From the NCBI GenBank assembly GCA_963716255.1, contig OY970303.1, forward strand, positions 4,000,001 through 4,064,000: a DNA stretch of 64,000 nucleotides, given 5' to 3'. The position numbers and the translations under genes are program-made. The notes below the pieces were generated by a model, which worked only from the letters and a program-made list of their open reading frames with translations, did no database searches and had not been told where the DNA came from. This stretch comes from an uncultured Gemmatimonadales bacterium (GTDB lineage Bacteria; Gemmatimonadota; Gemmatimonadetes; Longimicrobiales; Longimicrobiaceae). The first letter of the stretch is position 1, and each line of letters opens with the position of its first letter. Of this stretch, positions 42,543 to 53,012 are shown one piece after another.

Positions 42543-43475
42543 ATGGGAATCTTCAACAAGCTGTCGACGCTGATCCGGTCCAACCTCAACGACCTGATCG
42601 CCCGGGCGGAAGACCCGGAGAAGATGCTGAACCAGGTCATCCTGGACATGCGCGAGCAGCTCACCAAGGCGAAGCAGGAAGTCGCCGTGGCGATCGCGGA
42701 CGAGCGCAGGCTCAAGGCGCAGGTGGAGGAGGAGTTCAAGCACTCGCAGGACTGGGAGCGCCGGGCCATGCTGGCCATTCGCCAGGAGCGCGACGACCTG
42801 GCCCGGCAGGCGCTTCTGCGCCAGCAGGAGCACGCCGACCGCGCGCAGACGCTCCACGAGACGTGGCAGAAGCACGCGGCGGAAACGGAAAAGCTCAAGG
42901 ACGCGCTGCGCCAGCTGAACACCAAGATCGAGGAGGCGCGCCGCAAGAAGAACCTGCTGGTCGCGCAGCAGAAGCGGGCGCAGGCGCAGAAGCGCATTCA
43001 CGAGACCATGTCGGGGCTGTCGGACAAGTCGGCGTTCGACGCTTTCGACCGCATGGCGGAGCGGATCCAGGAGAACGAACGGCGCGCCCTGGCCGCGGCC
43101 GAGGTCAGCGACGAGCTGTCGGGCGACCCGCTGGAGCGGGAGTTCGCGGCGCTGGACAAGGGGAGCAGCGGCGACGCGGACATGCGCCTGCTGGACCTGA
43201 AGCAGAAGATGGGAATGCTGCCGCCACCGGCGCCGGCGGAGAACCGGGCGCTGCCGGGAAGCGCGCAGCAGCGCCTGGGCACGGGGGCCGCCCCGGGGCA
43301 GGGGCCGGCCCAGCCCGTGGACGCCACGCAGGCCTTCGGCGGGGACCGCACGCAGGCGCTGGGGGCGGACGACACGCGGCCCATGGCGCCGGCCCAGGCG
43401 CCCGACCACATCCGCGACGCGGAGCTGCTGTCGGAGTTCGAAGCGCTGGAGGAGGAGGAGCGCGGCAGGCCGTGA
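42543..43475 (+). CDS. pspA: PspA/IM30 family protein
   Basis: MGIFNKLSTLIRSNLNDLIARAEDPEKML, DLARQAL, AFDRMAERI; extended C-terminal tail. Confidence 0.92.
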   Translation: MGIFNKLSTLIRSNLNDLIARAEDPEKMLNQVILDMREQLTKAKQEVAVAIADERRLKAQVEEEFKHSQDWERRAMLAIRQERDDLARQALLRQQEHADRAQTLHETWQKHAAETEKLKDALRQLNTKIEEARRKKNLLVAQQKRAQAQKRIHETMSGLSDKSAFDAFDRMAERIQENERRALAAAEVSDELSGDPLEREFAALDKGSSGDADMRLLDLKQKMGMLPPPAPAENRALPGSAQQRLGTGAAPGQGPAQPVDATQAFGGDRTQALGADDTRPMAPAQAPDHIRDAELLSEFEALEEEERGRP

Positions 43476-43562
43476 GGCGCTTTCCTTAACCCGCCGCGGT
43501 CGATAGCTTCACGGGGCCGGCGCCGTTGCGCCGGCCCCGGTCTTTCTGCTCCCGGACGAGCT

Positions 43563-44744
43563 TTGCGAGACGCGACCCAGAGCCGGCCGTCGTACGGCCT
43601 CCTCGCCGCGGCGGTGTTCACGGTGCTCCTCCTGCTGTTCGTGTACAGCGTGGCGGACACCCTGCTCCTGTTCTTCATCGCGGCGCTCCTGTCGCTGTAC
43701 CTGGGCGCCGTCACCGACTTCTTCGAGCACCGGCTGCGCATTCCGCGCCGCTGGGGGCTGCTGCTGTCCGTGGTCCTCACCACGGTGGCGCTGGTGGGGA
43801 TCGGCTGGCTGGTGGTCCCCCCCGTGCTGGAGCAGACGCAGGGGCTGATCAGCGCGCTCCCGGGCCTGCTCACGGGGTGGAAGAACGGGCTGCTGGAGCT
43901 GGCGCGCCGCTACCCCATCCTGGGCCAGCTCTTCCCCTCCCCGGACCAGACGGTCGCCTACGCCAGCGAGGCGCTGGGCAGCCTGGGCGGCTACTTCACG
44001 GGGCTCATCCCCTACGTGTTCGGGGGGATCAACTTCCTGATCCACCTGGTGAGCGTGCTGGTGATGGCGCTGTACCTGACGCTGCGCCCGGCGCTCTACC
44101 GCGAGGGGATCATCGTGCTGGTGCCGCCGGTGCACCGCGACCTGGCCCGCGACATCCTCTCGGACCTGGCGAACACGCTGCGCGCCTGGATCGTGGGGCA
44201 GATCCTGGCGATGCTGGTGCTGGGGACGCTGACCTGGCTGGGGCTGGTGCTGCTGGACGTGCCGTACGCGCTGGCCTTCGGGGTGTTCACGGGGCTGGTG
44301 GTGGTGGTCCCCTTCTTCGGGACGCTGGTGTCCACGCTGCTGCCGGCGCTCTTCGTGCTGGGCTCCGGCGGCGGCGTGCAGGCGCTGCTGGTGGTGCTCC
44401 TGGGGGTGGTGATCCACCTCTTCGAGGCCAACTTCGTCCACCCGGTGATCATGGAGCGGCAGATCAACCTGCCGCCGGTGCTTTCCATCCTCAGCGTGCT
44501 GGTGATGGCGGAGCTGCTGGGGGTCGTCGGGCTGGTGGTGGCCGTGCCGGTGCTGGCCACGGTCATCGTCATCATCCGCCGCGTGTACATCCACCGCCTG
44601 CTGGAGGGGCGCGGCTTCCGCCGATTCGTGCGCGACTCCCCGGTGGAGGTGCGCCTCCCGGAGGGCGCGGTGCTCGCGCACCCCTCGGCCGCGGAGCTCA
44701 GCATTCCCGCGCTGCTGGAGCGCGCCGGGGAGCCCTCCGCCTGA
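43563..44744 (+). CDS. AI-2E family transporter
   Basis: Multi-TM; VPFFG, EANFVHPVIM, LPPV, GLVVAVP. Confidence 0.88.
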   Translation: MRDATQSRPSYGLLAAAVFTVLLLLFVYSVADTLLLFFIAALLSLYLGAVTDFFEHRLRIPRRWGLLLSVVLTTVALVGIGWLVVPPVLEQTQGLISALPGLLTGWKNGLLELARRYPILGQLFPSPDQTVAYASEALGSLGGYFTGLIPYVFGGINFLIHLVSVLVMALYLTLRPALYREGIIVLVPPVHRDLARDILSDLANTLRAWIVGQILAMLVLGTLTWLGLVLLDVPYALAFGVFTGLVVVVPFFGTLVSTLLPALFVLGSGGGVQALLVVLLGVVIHLFEANFVHPVIMERQINLPPVLSILSVLVMAELLGVVGLVVAVPVLATVIVIIRRVYIHRLLEGRGFRRFVRDSPVEVRLPEGAVLAHPSAAELSIPALLERAGEPSA

Positions 44745-44781
44745 GCCGGCGCGCCCGCTTTCCATCTCCCCGTCCCACGCC

Positions 44782-45864
44782 ATGAACGACTACCGCTACC
44801 TGATCCTCGCCGAGGGATCCTTCGGCCCGGAGACCACCAAGACCGCCAACAGCGCCATCCGCTACCTCCCGGACCGCGTGCTGGCGGTGGTGGACTCGCG
44901 CCACGCGGGGAAGACCGCGCGGGACGTGCTGGGCTTCGGCGGCGGCATCCCGGTGCTGGCGTCGCTGGAGGAGGGGCTGGCGATGGGGCCCACGGCGGTG
45001 CTGGTGGGGATCGCGCCGCAGGGCGGCCGGCTGCCGGACGAGTGGCGGCCCGTGCTGCGGCGGGTGATCGAGGCGGGGCTGGACGTGGTGAGCGGGCTGC
45101 ACTTCTACCTGGGGCTGGACCCGGAGCTTTCGGCGCTGGCGGCGGAGCGCGGGGTCCGGATCGTGGACCTGCGCCGCCCCCCGGCGGACCTGCCGGTCGC
45201 CACGGGGAAGGCGCGGCTGGTGGATGCATTCACGGTGCTCACCGTGGGCACGGACTGCAACATCGGCAAGATGACGGCGGCGCTCCAGCTCCGCGGCGCG
45301 CTGGCGGAGCGCGGGACGCGGGTGGGGTTCGCGGCCACCGGGCAGACGGGGATCCTGATCGAGGGATGGGGCACCTCGGTGGACGCGGTGGTGGCGGACT
45401 TCGTCGGCGGGGCGGCGGAGCAGCTGGTGCTGCGCGCCGCGGAGGGGAACGACGTGGTGCTGGTGGAGGGTCAGGGCTCGCTGGTGCACCCGGGCTACTC
45501 GGGGGTGACGCTGGGCCTGCTGCACGGCTCCATGCCGGACGCCATGGTCCTCTGTCACCAGCCGTCGCGCCGCTGCCCGTACAACCGCTACGGGGTCTAC
45601 GAGTGGATGACGCTCCCCTCGGTGCAGGAGACCATACGCATCTGCGAGGGGGCGATCGCGCCGCTGAAGCCGTCGTCGAAGGTGGTCGCCATCTGCCTGA
45701 ACACCTGGGACCTGGGGGAGGAGGAGGCCCGGGCGGAGGTGGAGCGCGTGCAGGCGGAGACGGGGCTGCCGACGACGGACCCGGTGCGCTTCGACCCGGC
45801 GCCCGTGGTGGACGCGATCCTCGCGGGCGCGGAGCGCAAGCGGGCTCGGGCGGCGACGGCCTGA
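44782..45864 (+). CDS. DUF1611 domain P-loop protein
   Basis: KTA..IRY, GIAPQGG, VSGLH, VGTDCNIGKMT, ATGQTG, VEGQGSL. Confidence 0.88.
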   Translation: MNDYRYLILAEGSFGPETTKTANSAIRYLPDRVLAVVDSRHAGKTARDVLGFGGGIPVLASLEEGLAMGPTAVLVGIAPQGGRLPDEWRPVLRRVIEAGLDVVSGLHFYLGLDPELSALAAERGVRIVDLRRPPADLPVATGKARLVDAFTVLTVGTDCNIGKMTAALQLRGALAERGTRVGFAATGQTGILIEGWGTSVDAVVADFVGGAAEQLVLRAAEGNDVVLVEGQGSLVHPGYSGVTLGLLHGSMPDAMVLCHQPSRRCPYNRYGVYEWMTLPSVQETIRICEGAIAPLKPSSKVVAICLNTWDLGEEEARAEVERVQAETGLPTTDPVRFDPAPVVDAILAGAERKRARAATA

Positions 45865-45887
45865 CCCGCGCCCGGAAGCTCCGGCCG

Positions 45888-47698
45888 GTGGATCCGGGGG
45901 CGCCCCTGCCGACGCAGGAGGCGGGTCCGTCGGCGCTGGAGCGGGCGCTGGGCCTGCTCCGCGAGGTGCGCGCCGCCGCGCTCCCCGCGGACGACGAAGC
46001 GCGGCGGCCGCACGCGTGCGCGCTCTGCGCGCGGGCGGTGGCCGCGTACTGGCGGGCGGCCTGCGCGCCGGACGGGGAGCTGGGAGGGCTGGCCCCAAGC
46101 CCGGTCGCCGGGCCCGCCCCGGACGGGGCGGACGCCGCCCGCGCCGCGGCGCTGGGGGAGGCGGCGGCGGCGCTGCCGCCGGTCGTCGCCGCGTACCTGC
46201 TGGGAACGGCCTACACGGCGCTGCTCCCGCCCGCGCACCGCTCGCGGCACGGAGTGTTCTTCACGCCCCCGCCGCTGGTGGACCGGCTGCTGGACCTGGT
46301 GGAGGAGGCCGGCCACGACTGGACGGCGGGGACCGTGCTGGACCCGGCGTGCGGCGGCGGCGCGTTCCTGGCTCCGGTGGCAATGCGGATGGCCGCGGCG
46401 CTGGAGCGCGGCGGCGCGGACCCGGGAGAGATCGTACGCGACGTTTCCGCCCGCCTTGCGGGGGTGGAGATCGACCCGTTCTCGGCGTGGATGGCGCGCG
46501 TGTTCCTGGAGGCCGCGCTCTGGCCGCACTGCCTGGCGGCGCGGCTGCGGGTGCCGCCGGAGATCGTGGAGGTGCGCGACGCGCTGGGGGTGCCGGACGG
46601 CTGGCGCGGCGGGTTCGCGCTGGTGGTGGGGAACCCGCCGTACGGGCGGCTCACGCTGGCGCCGGAGGTGCGCGAGCGCTTCCGCCGCTCGCTCTTCGGG
46701 CACGCCAACCTGTACGGCCTGTTCACCGACCTGGCCGTGCGCCTGCTCGCGCCGGGGGGAGGGTGGGATACGTGACGCCCACCTCGTTCCTGGGCGGCCT
46801 TTACTTCTCCAACCTGCGCCGGCTGCTGGCGGCGGAGGCGCCGCCCGCGGCCGTGGACTTCATCGCCGACCGCGGTGGCGTTTTCGACGACGTGCTCCAG
46901 GAGACGCTGCTGGTGGTGTTCGCCGGTGGCGAGGCGCAGGGGTGCGCGCCCGTGCACGCCATCCGCCTCCCGGCACTGGATCGCCCCTGCGAGGTGCTCC
47001 CGGCGGGCTGCTTCCCGTCGCCGGACGCCCGCGGCGGCCCCTGGATCCTTCCCCGCTCACCCGAGCAGTCCGCGCTGCTCGCCACCGTGAGGCGGCTGGG
47101 CCACGCGCTGCGCGACCTGGGGGTGCGGGTGAGCACCGGCCCGCTGGTGTGGAACCGCCACAAGGGGCAGCTCCGCGACGCCCCGGAGCCGGGCGCGTAC
47201 CCGCTGGTGTGGGCGGAATCGGTGGCCGGCCCCGGCGTGTTCGCCTTCAGCGCCCGCCGCCGCAACCACGAGCCTTACTTCGCGCTGCAGCCGGGGCAGC
47301 GTCACCTGCTGGCGACGGAGCCCTGCGTCCTGGTGCAGCGCACCACGGCCCGGGAGCAGCAGCGCCGCCTGGTCGCCGCCGAGCTTCCCGCGTCGTTCCT
47401 GGCTGAGCACGGCGCCGCGGTGGTGGAGAACCACCTCGACGTGGTCCGCCTCGCCCCGGACGCCCCCATCGCCCTCGCCACGCTCGCGGCGCTCCTCAAC
47501 TCGCGGGTCGCCGACGACGTCTTCCGCTGCATCAGCGGCAGCGTCGCCGTCTCCGCCTACGAGCTGGAGGCGCTCCCCGTCCCCCCGCCGGACGCGCTGC
47601 GCGAGCTGGACGCCCGCGTCCGCGCCGGCTGCGGCGCCGCCGAAGCCGAGTGCCTGGTCGCCGCCGCGTACGGCGTGGACCTTTCCGACGTGAGATGA
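45888..47698 (+). pseudogene. N6-adenine DNA methyltransferase (Eco57I/TaqI-like, gamma class), frameshifted at a G6 run
   Basis: GVFFTP, LDPACGGGAFL, VVGNPPY in frame ending 46775; continues RVGYVTPTSFLGG...STGPLVWNR...VENH in another frame; one extra G at 46754-46759 fuses them; start uncertain. Confidence 0.8.
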
Positions 47699-48024
47699 AG
47701 ATGCTCTCCGGGTGGACGGTCGCCGCCGCCGTCGCGCTGCTGCTCGCCGGGTGCGGCGCCGCGGCCGACCGCGTGCCGATCGAAGCCGCCGCGCTGGCCT
47801 ACGTGCGGGAGGCCGGCGGCGCCCCCGGCGCCGCCGAGGTGGAGGAGATGTCGGGGAACTACGCCCGCGCCCGGGTGACCCCGGAGGCGGAGGGGAGCAC
47901 CGACCCCGCCTGGGTGTTCCTGCGGCGCGAGGGCGGAAAGTGGCAGGCCCTGGTCTACGGCACGGCCATCGGCCCGGAGGAGTACGAGGAGCTGGGCATC
48001 CCGCCATCGCTGCAGCCGGACTAA
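47695..48024 (+). CDS. Hypothetical lipoprotein
   Basis: LLAGC lipobox; ATGA overlap with the MTase stop. Confidence 0.75.
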   Translation: MKMLSGWTVAAAVALLLAGCGAAADRVPIEAAALAYVREAGGAPGAAEVEEMSGNYARARVTPEAEGSTDPAWVFLRREGGKWQALVYGTAIGPEEYEELGIPPSLQPD

Positions 48025-48089
48025 AAGGTTGCCCACGAAAGCCCGAACGACGAACGGCGCCCCGACCCGGGACGCCGTTCGCCGTTGCA

Positions 48090-48245
48090 GTTCCGCAGTA
48101 TCCCCCACAATCTGTTCGGAGGGAGACAGCCGGGCAGTTTCGGCTGGCTCACTCCGGCGCAGGGAGACCCGCCGGCAGTTTGGCGCGGCTCCCGGAGCCC
48201 GCGGAGGAGACGGACAGCAGTATCGTCCGGCTCCGCAGCGGCCCC
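48090..48245 (+). repeat. Structured repeat family B, copy 3 (opposite orientation)
   Basis: GAGACAGCCG-GGCAGTTT-CGGCTGGCTC and two further module hairpins. Confidence 0.9.
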
Positions 48246-48263
48246 GCCCCGACAAGACGATCT

Positions 48264-48908
48264 CTAAACCCTCGCCGCCGCCCGCCACGACTTGTAGTAC
48301 TCGTACACCCCCGGCAGCACGGACAGCAGGATGATGACCACGATCACGAGCCCGAAGTTGTCCTTGACCGCGGGGATGTTCCCGAAGAAGTACCCCGCGA
48401 ACAGGAACGCCGTGATCCAAACCACCCCGCCGATGACGTTGTAGGTGATGAACTTGGCGTAGTCCATCCGCGACGCCCCCGCCACGAACGGCGCGTACGT
48501 CCGCACGATGGGGATGAAGCGCGCGATGATGATGGTCTTGCCGCCGTACTTGGCGTAGAACTCCTCGGTGCGCAGCAGGTACTCGGTCTTCAGCACCCGC
48601 GCGTCCGGCTTGAAGACGCGCGTCCCCACCGCCTTGCCGATGGCGTAGTTGACCGTGTCGCCCAGCACCGCCGCCACGCACAGCAGCACCCACAGCACGT
48701 ACACGTTCATGGCCCCGCCCGCCGCCAGCGCGCCGGTGGCGAACAGGAGCGAGTCGCCGGGGAGGAACGGGGTGACCACCAGCCCCGTCTCGCAGAAGAT
48801 GATCGCGAACAGGATCCCGTAGGTCCACCCGCCGTAGTCGCGGATCAGCTCCGTGAGGTGGACGTCCAGGTGGAGGAAGTAGTCGATGAACTCGCGGATC
48901 AGCTGCAT
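48264..48908 (-). CDS. dedA: DedA family membrane protein
   Basis: FCETGLVVTPFLPGDSLLF, GDTVNY, ARFIPIVRT. Confidence 0.93.
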   Translation of the reverse strand: MQLIREFIDYFLHLDVHLTELIRDYGGWTYGILFAIIFCETGLVVTPFLPGDSLLFATGALAAGGAMNVYVLWVLLCVAAVLGDTVNYAIGKAVGTRVFKPDARVLKTEYLLRTEEFYAKYGGKTIIIARFIPIVRTYAPFVAGASRMDYAKFITYNVIGGVVWITAFLFAGYFFGNIPAVKDNFGLVIVVIILLSVLPGVYEYYKSWRAAARV

Positions 48909-49111
48909 TCCCGGCCGCCTCGCTCGTTGAAGCCTGGTTCAGCGGTCGGGAAGCCCTCTCCCCGACGTGGGACGGGAATGCTATCGGCTGGCGGGAGTTG
49001 ATACAAGCCCGTGCGGCGCGGCGGCTTCCCCGCGCCGGGCCGGCGTGCTACCCTTGTCCGCGGGGCGGCGCGCCCGCCCGGCCCCGGGATCGAAGCAGCG
49101 AGGAGCGAACC

Positions 49112-50293
49112 ATGAGCGACACCCCCCAGGACGCGCTCTCGCCCGGCGAGACGCTCCGCTACGCGCGGCACCTGATCCTCCCGGAGGTGGGCCCCGCCGG
49201 GCAGCGCAGGCTCAAGCAGTCGCGCGTGCTGCTGGTGGGCGCGGGCGGGCTGGGCTCGCCGGTGGCGCTGTACCTGGCGGCGGCGGGGGTGGGGACGCTG
49301 GGGATGGTGGACTTCGACGTGGTGGACGCCACCAACCTCCAGCGGCAGGTGCTGCACGGCACGCCGGACGTGGGGAGGCCCAAGCTGGACTCCGCCCGCG
49401 ACCGAATCGGCGCGCTGAACCCGCACGTGGCCGTGGAGCCCCACCCGGTGCGGCTGACGTCGGCCAACGCGCTGGAGCTGTTCCGCGAGTACGACGTGGT
49501 GGTGGACGGCACCGACAACTTCCCCACCCGCTACCTGGTGAACGACGCCTGCGTGCTCACGGGAAAGCCAAACGTGTACGGCTCCATCCTGCGCTGGGAG
49601 GGGCAGGCGTCGGTGTTCTGGGCCGAGCGCGGCCCCTGCTACCGCTGCCTCTTCCGCGACCCCCCGCCGCCGGGGCTGGTCCCGTCCTGCGCGGAGGGCG
49701 GGGTGCTGGGGGTGCTCCCCGGGATCGTGGGAACGCTCCAGGCCGCGGAAACGCTCAAGCTGCTGCTGGGGGTGGGGGAGACGCTGGTGGGCCGGCTCTT
49801 GCTTTTGGACGCGCTGCGGATGAGGTTTCGGGAGCTCAGGCTCCGCAAGGACCCGGAGTGCCCGTCGTGCGGCGAGCGGCCCACGATCCGGGAGCTGATC
49901 GACTACGAGCGGTTCTGCGGCGTGCCCCCGACGAACCCGACGGAGACCCCGATGGCCAACGGAAGCGAGATCCCGGAGATCACCCCCGCCGAGCTGAAGC
50001 AGCGGCTGGACCGCGGCGACCGGCTCACCATCATCGACGTGCGCGAGCCGCAGGAGTGGGACATCGCCAACCTGGAGGAGCACGGCTCCCGGCTGATCCC
50101 GCTGGGGCAGATCGAGGAGCGCGCCGGCGAGATCGACCCGGAGGAGGAGATCGTCCTCCACTGCCGCTCCGGGGCGCGCAGCGCCCAGGCGCTGGCGGCG
50201 CTCCGCGACCGCGGCTACACGCGGCTCTGGAACCTCCGCGGCGGCATCCTGAGCTGGTCCGACGACGTGGACCCGTCGCTCCCCAAGTACTGA
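49112..50293 (+). CDS. moeB: Molybdopterin-synthase adenylyltransferase with rhodanese domain (MoeB/MoeZ)
   Basis: RYARHLIL, GAGGLG, NLQRQ, DGTDNF, PCYRC, SCAEGG, CPSC; IDVRE, HCRSGARS. Confidence 0.93.
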   Translation: MSDTPQDALSPGETLRYARHLILPEVGPAGQRRLKQSRVLLVGAGGLGSPVALYLAAAGVGTLGMVDFDVVDATNLQRQVLHGTPDVGRPKLDSARDRIGALNPHVAVEPHPVRLTSANALELFREYDVVVDGTDNFPTRYLVNDACVLTGKPNVYGSILRWEGQASVFWAERGPCYRCLFRDPPPPGLVPSCAEGGVLGVLPGIVGTLQAAETLKLLLGVGETLVGRLLLLDALRMRFRELRLRKDPECPSCGERPTIRELIDYERFCGVPPTNPTETPMANGSEIPEITPAELKQRLDRGDRLTIIDVREPQEWDIANLEEHGSRLIPLGQIEERAGEIDPEEEIVLHCRSGARSAQALAALRDRGYTRLWNLRGGILSWSDDVDPSLPKY

Positions 50294-50516
50294 GCGGCAG
50301 GGGACAGGGGACAGCCTGCCACGGCAGGACGTCCATTCCCGCATACCCGCTTCGCACGTACTCCCCGGCGCCCCGCGCGGCGCCGGGGAGGCTTCGTCTG
50401 CGGCCTCGCCTCCGCACCTGATGACCGATTCGGGTCGCATCGTGTCTCCCGGGCCGGCGCGGGCCGACACTTCAACGGAAGGGGCGCTCCCGCTTCCTCG
50501 CATCCTACGCGACACC

Positions 50517-51509
50517 ATGCACAGCACGGCTGAACGCACGGCGGCGTCCGCGCCCGCGCTCCCCGACTTCGACGACGTGCGCGCGGCGGCGGAGCGACTC
50601 CGCGGGGTGGCCCACCGCACCCCGGTGCTCACCTCGCGCACGCTGGACGGGCTGGCGGGGGCCACGGTGCTGCTCAAGTGCGAGAACCTGCAGCGCGGCG
50701 GCGCGTTCAAGTTCCGGGGCGCGTACAACTCCGTGTCCCGGCTGACCGAAGCGGAGCGGCAGCGGGGGGTGCTCACCTTCTCGTCGGGGAACCACGCGCA
50801 GGCGCTGGCGCTCACGGGCCGGATCCTGGGGGTGCGCACCGCGGTGGTGATGCCGGACAACGCGCCGGCCGCAAAGGTGGAGGCCACCCGCGGCTACGGC
50901 GCCGAGGTGATCCTGTACGACCCCGCCACGGCGTCGCGCGAGGAGATCGCCGCGCGGCTGCGCGACGAGCGGGGGATGACGCTGCTCCCGCCCTTCGACC
51001 ACGCCGACGTGATCGCGGGGCAGGGGACCGCGGCGCTGGAGCTGTTCGAGGAAGCGGGTCCGCTCGACGCGGTGCTCGCCCCCTGCGGCGGCGGCGGGCT
51101 GCTGAGCGGCACGGCGCTGGCCGCGCGGGGGATGGCGCCCGGGTGCCGCGTCGTGGGGGTGGAGCCGGAGCTGGCCGACGACGCCACCCGCTCCTTCCGG
51201 AGCGGCGAGCTGCAGCGGGTCCACAACCCGCCCACCATCGCCGACGGGCTGCGCACCCCCTCGCTGGGAAGCATCACCTTCGCCGTGGTGCGCGCCGGCG
51301 TGGACGACATGCGCACGGTGTCCGAGGCGGGGATCGTGGAGGCCATGCGCTTCCTGTGGACCCGCGCCAAGCTGGTGGTGGAGCCCTCCGGGGCGGTTCC
51401 CGTGGCGGCGCTGCTGGCCGGGATCCCCGAGCTGCGGGGCGCGCGCGTGGGGGTGGTGCTGAGCGGCGGCAACGTGGACCTGGCCGCCGCCTGCCGCCTG
51501 CTGGCGTAG
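50517..51509 (+). CDS. PLP-dependent threonine/serine dehydratase family ammonia-lyase
   Basis: KCENLQRGGAFKFRGA, SSGNHAQ, AGQGT, GGGGL, EPSGA, SGGN. Confidence 0.9.
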   Translation: MHSTAERTAASAPALPDFDDVRAAAERLRGVAHRTPVLTSRTLDGLAGATVLLKCENLQRGGAFKFRGAYNSVSRLTEAERQRGVLTFSSGNHAQALALTGRILGVRTAVVMPDNAPAAKVEATRGYGAEVILYDPATASREEIAARLRDERGMTLLPPFDHADVIAGQGTAALELFEEAGPLDAVLAPCGGGGLLSGTALAARGMAPGCRVVGVEPELADDATRSFRSGELQRVHNPPTIADGLRTPSLGSITFAVVRAGVDDMRTVSEAGIVEAMRFLWTRAKLVVEPSGAVPVAALLAGIPELRGARVGVVLSGGNVDLAAACRLLA

Positions 51510-51635
51510 AGCCCGCCCCGCCGGCCGGCGGAGCGGGTCGGCCCCCGGCAGGGCCGGGGTGCAGTCCCCACGGGGACATTTTGCGGACGGTCCGGGCGGT
51601 GCGCGCGCGGCCGGGCGAAGACTCCAGGGGTGCAG

Positions 51636-52703
51636 ATGATCCGGAGCGAGACAGCGGGCCAGCGGGAAACGGGGACCATCCTGGTGGTGGACGACGAGGA
51701 GGGGATCCTGCGCTCCCTCCACAAGTTCCTGACCCGCCTGGGCCACCGGGTGGAGACGGCCACCAGCGTGCGCGGCGCGCTGGAGCTGCTGGCGCCCGGC
51801 CGCTTCGACCTGGTGCTCACCGACCTGCGCATGCCCGAGGCGTCCGGCCTGGAGCTGCTTTCCGAGGTGCGCGCCCGCTCGCCGGGGACGCGCACCATCC
51901 TGATGAGCGCCAACGCCGACATCCCCTCGGCGGCAATGGCCATCGAGCGCGGCGTGGACCAGCTCATCATCAAGCCCTTCGACCTGGAGGTCCTGCGGCA
52001 GCGGGTGGAGCAGTCCCTCGCCCGGCGCCGCGCCGAGACCGCCGCCGTGCGCGAGCGCGAGCTGCTGGAGGCGCAGCTCCGCCGCCGCGACACCGAGAGC
52101 AAGATCTGGATCCTGCGCGCCGCCCACGCCCTTGCCGCCGCGGTGGAGGCCAAGGACCCGTACACGGCCGGCCACGCCACCCGCGTCACGGCCTACGCCA
52201 TGTCCATCGCCGAAGCGCTGGGCGGCATCGACCTGCTGCGCTTCCGCCTGGCGGGCGACCTGCACGACGTGGGGAAGATCGGAGTGCCGGACGTGGTCCT
52301 CAACAAGCCCGGCCGGCTGGACCCCGACGAGATGGAGCTGGTGCGCCGCCACCCGGAGACCGGGGCCCACATCCTGGAGCCGCTGATCGACAACCCCATG
52401 GTGCTGGGGGTGGTGCGCTGGCACCACGAGCGCTGGGACGGAGACGGGTACCCGGACCGGCTCGCCGGCGAGGCGATCCCGCTCCCCGCGCGGGTGCTGG
52501 CGGTGGCGGACACGCTGGACGCCATGACGTCGAGCCGGGCGTACCGGGGCGGGCTTCCCTGGGCCGTCGCGCTGGCGGAGATCCGGGCGTGCTCGGGCTC
52601 GCAGTTCGATCCCGCGGTGGTGGAGGCGTTCGAGCGCGCGCTCCCGGTCCTGGAGGCTCAGTTCCTGGGGTTCTTCGGGGACGACGCACGGCGCGCGGGG
52701 TAG
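51636..52703 (+). CDS. Response regulator with HD-GYP cyclic dinucleotide phosphodiesterase domain
   Basis: REC (VVDDE, DLRMP, KPF); KDPYTAGH, LHDVGK, HHERWDGDGYP, VADTLDAM. Confidence 0.92.
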   Translation: MIRSETAGQRETGTILVVDDEEGILRSLHKFLTRLGHRVETATSVRGALELLAPGRFDLVLTDLRMPEASGLELLSEVRARSPGTRTILMSANADIPSAAMAIERGVDQLIIKPFDLEVLRQRVEQSLARRRAETAAVRERELLEAQLRRRDTESKIWILRAAHALAAAVEAKDPYTAGHATRVTAYAMSIAEALGGIDLLRFRLAGDLHDVGKIGVPDVVLNKPGRLDPDEMELVRRHPETGAHILEPLIDNPMVLGVVRWHHERWDGDGYPDRLAGEAIPLPARVLAVADTLDAMTSSRAYRGGLPWAVALAEIRACSGSQFDPAVVEAFERALPVLEAQFLGFFGDDARRAG

Positions 52704-52721
52704 TTTTCGTCGCGTGGAGGC

Positions 52722-52877
52722 GGGGCCGCTGCGGAGCCCGGCGGTACTGCTGCCGGTCTCCTCCGCGGGCTCCGGGAACCCCGCCAAACAGCCGGCGGGT
52801 TTCCCTCCGCCGGGGTGAGCCTCGCCAAACAGCCGGCGAGTCTCCCCCCGAACAGATTTTGGAGGGTACTGCGGAAC
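52722..52877 (-). repeat. Structured repeat family B, copy 4
   Basis: Aligns with the other B copies; covarying stems. Confidence 0.9.
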
Positions 52878-53012
52878 TGCCAACGTCGCTCTCCCTCGAT
52901 GCCGGGATGGGGTGCTGTCGCGTACTCCGTACTGCTGTTCAATCCCGCACTTTCGCACTCCCGCACTTCCCCCCTAACTTCCCGCGTCACCTCCACCCGG
53001 ACGCGACCTGAC

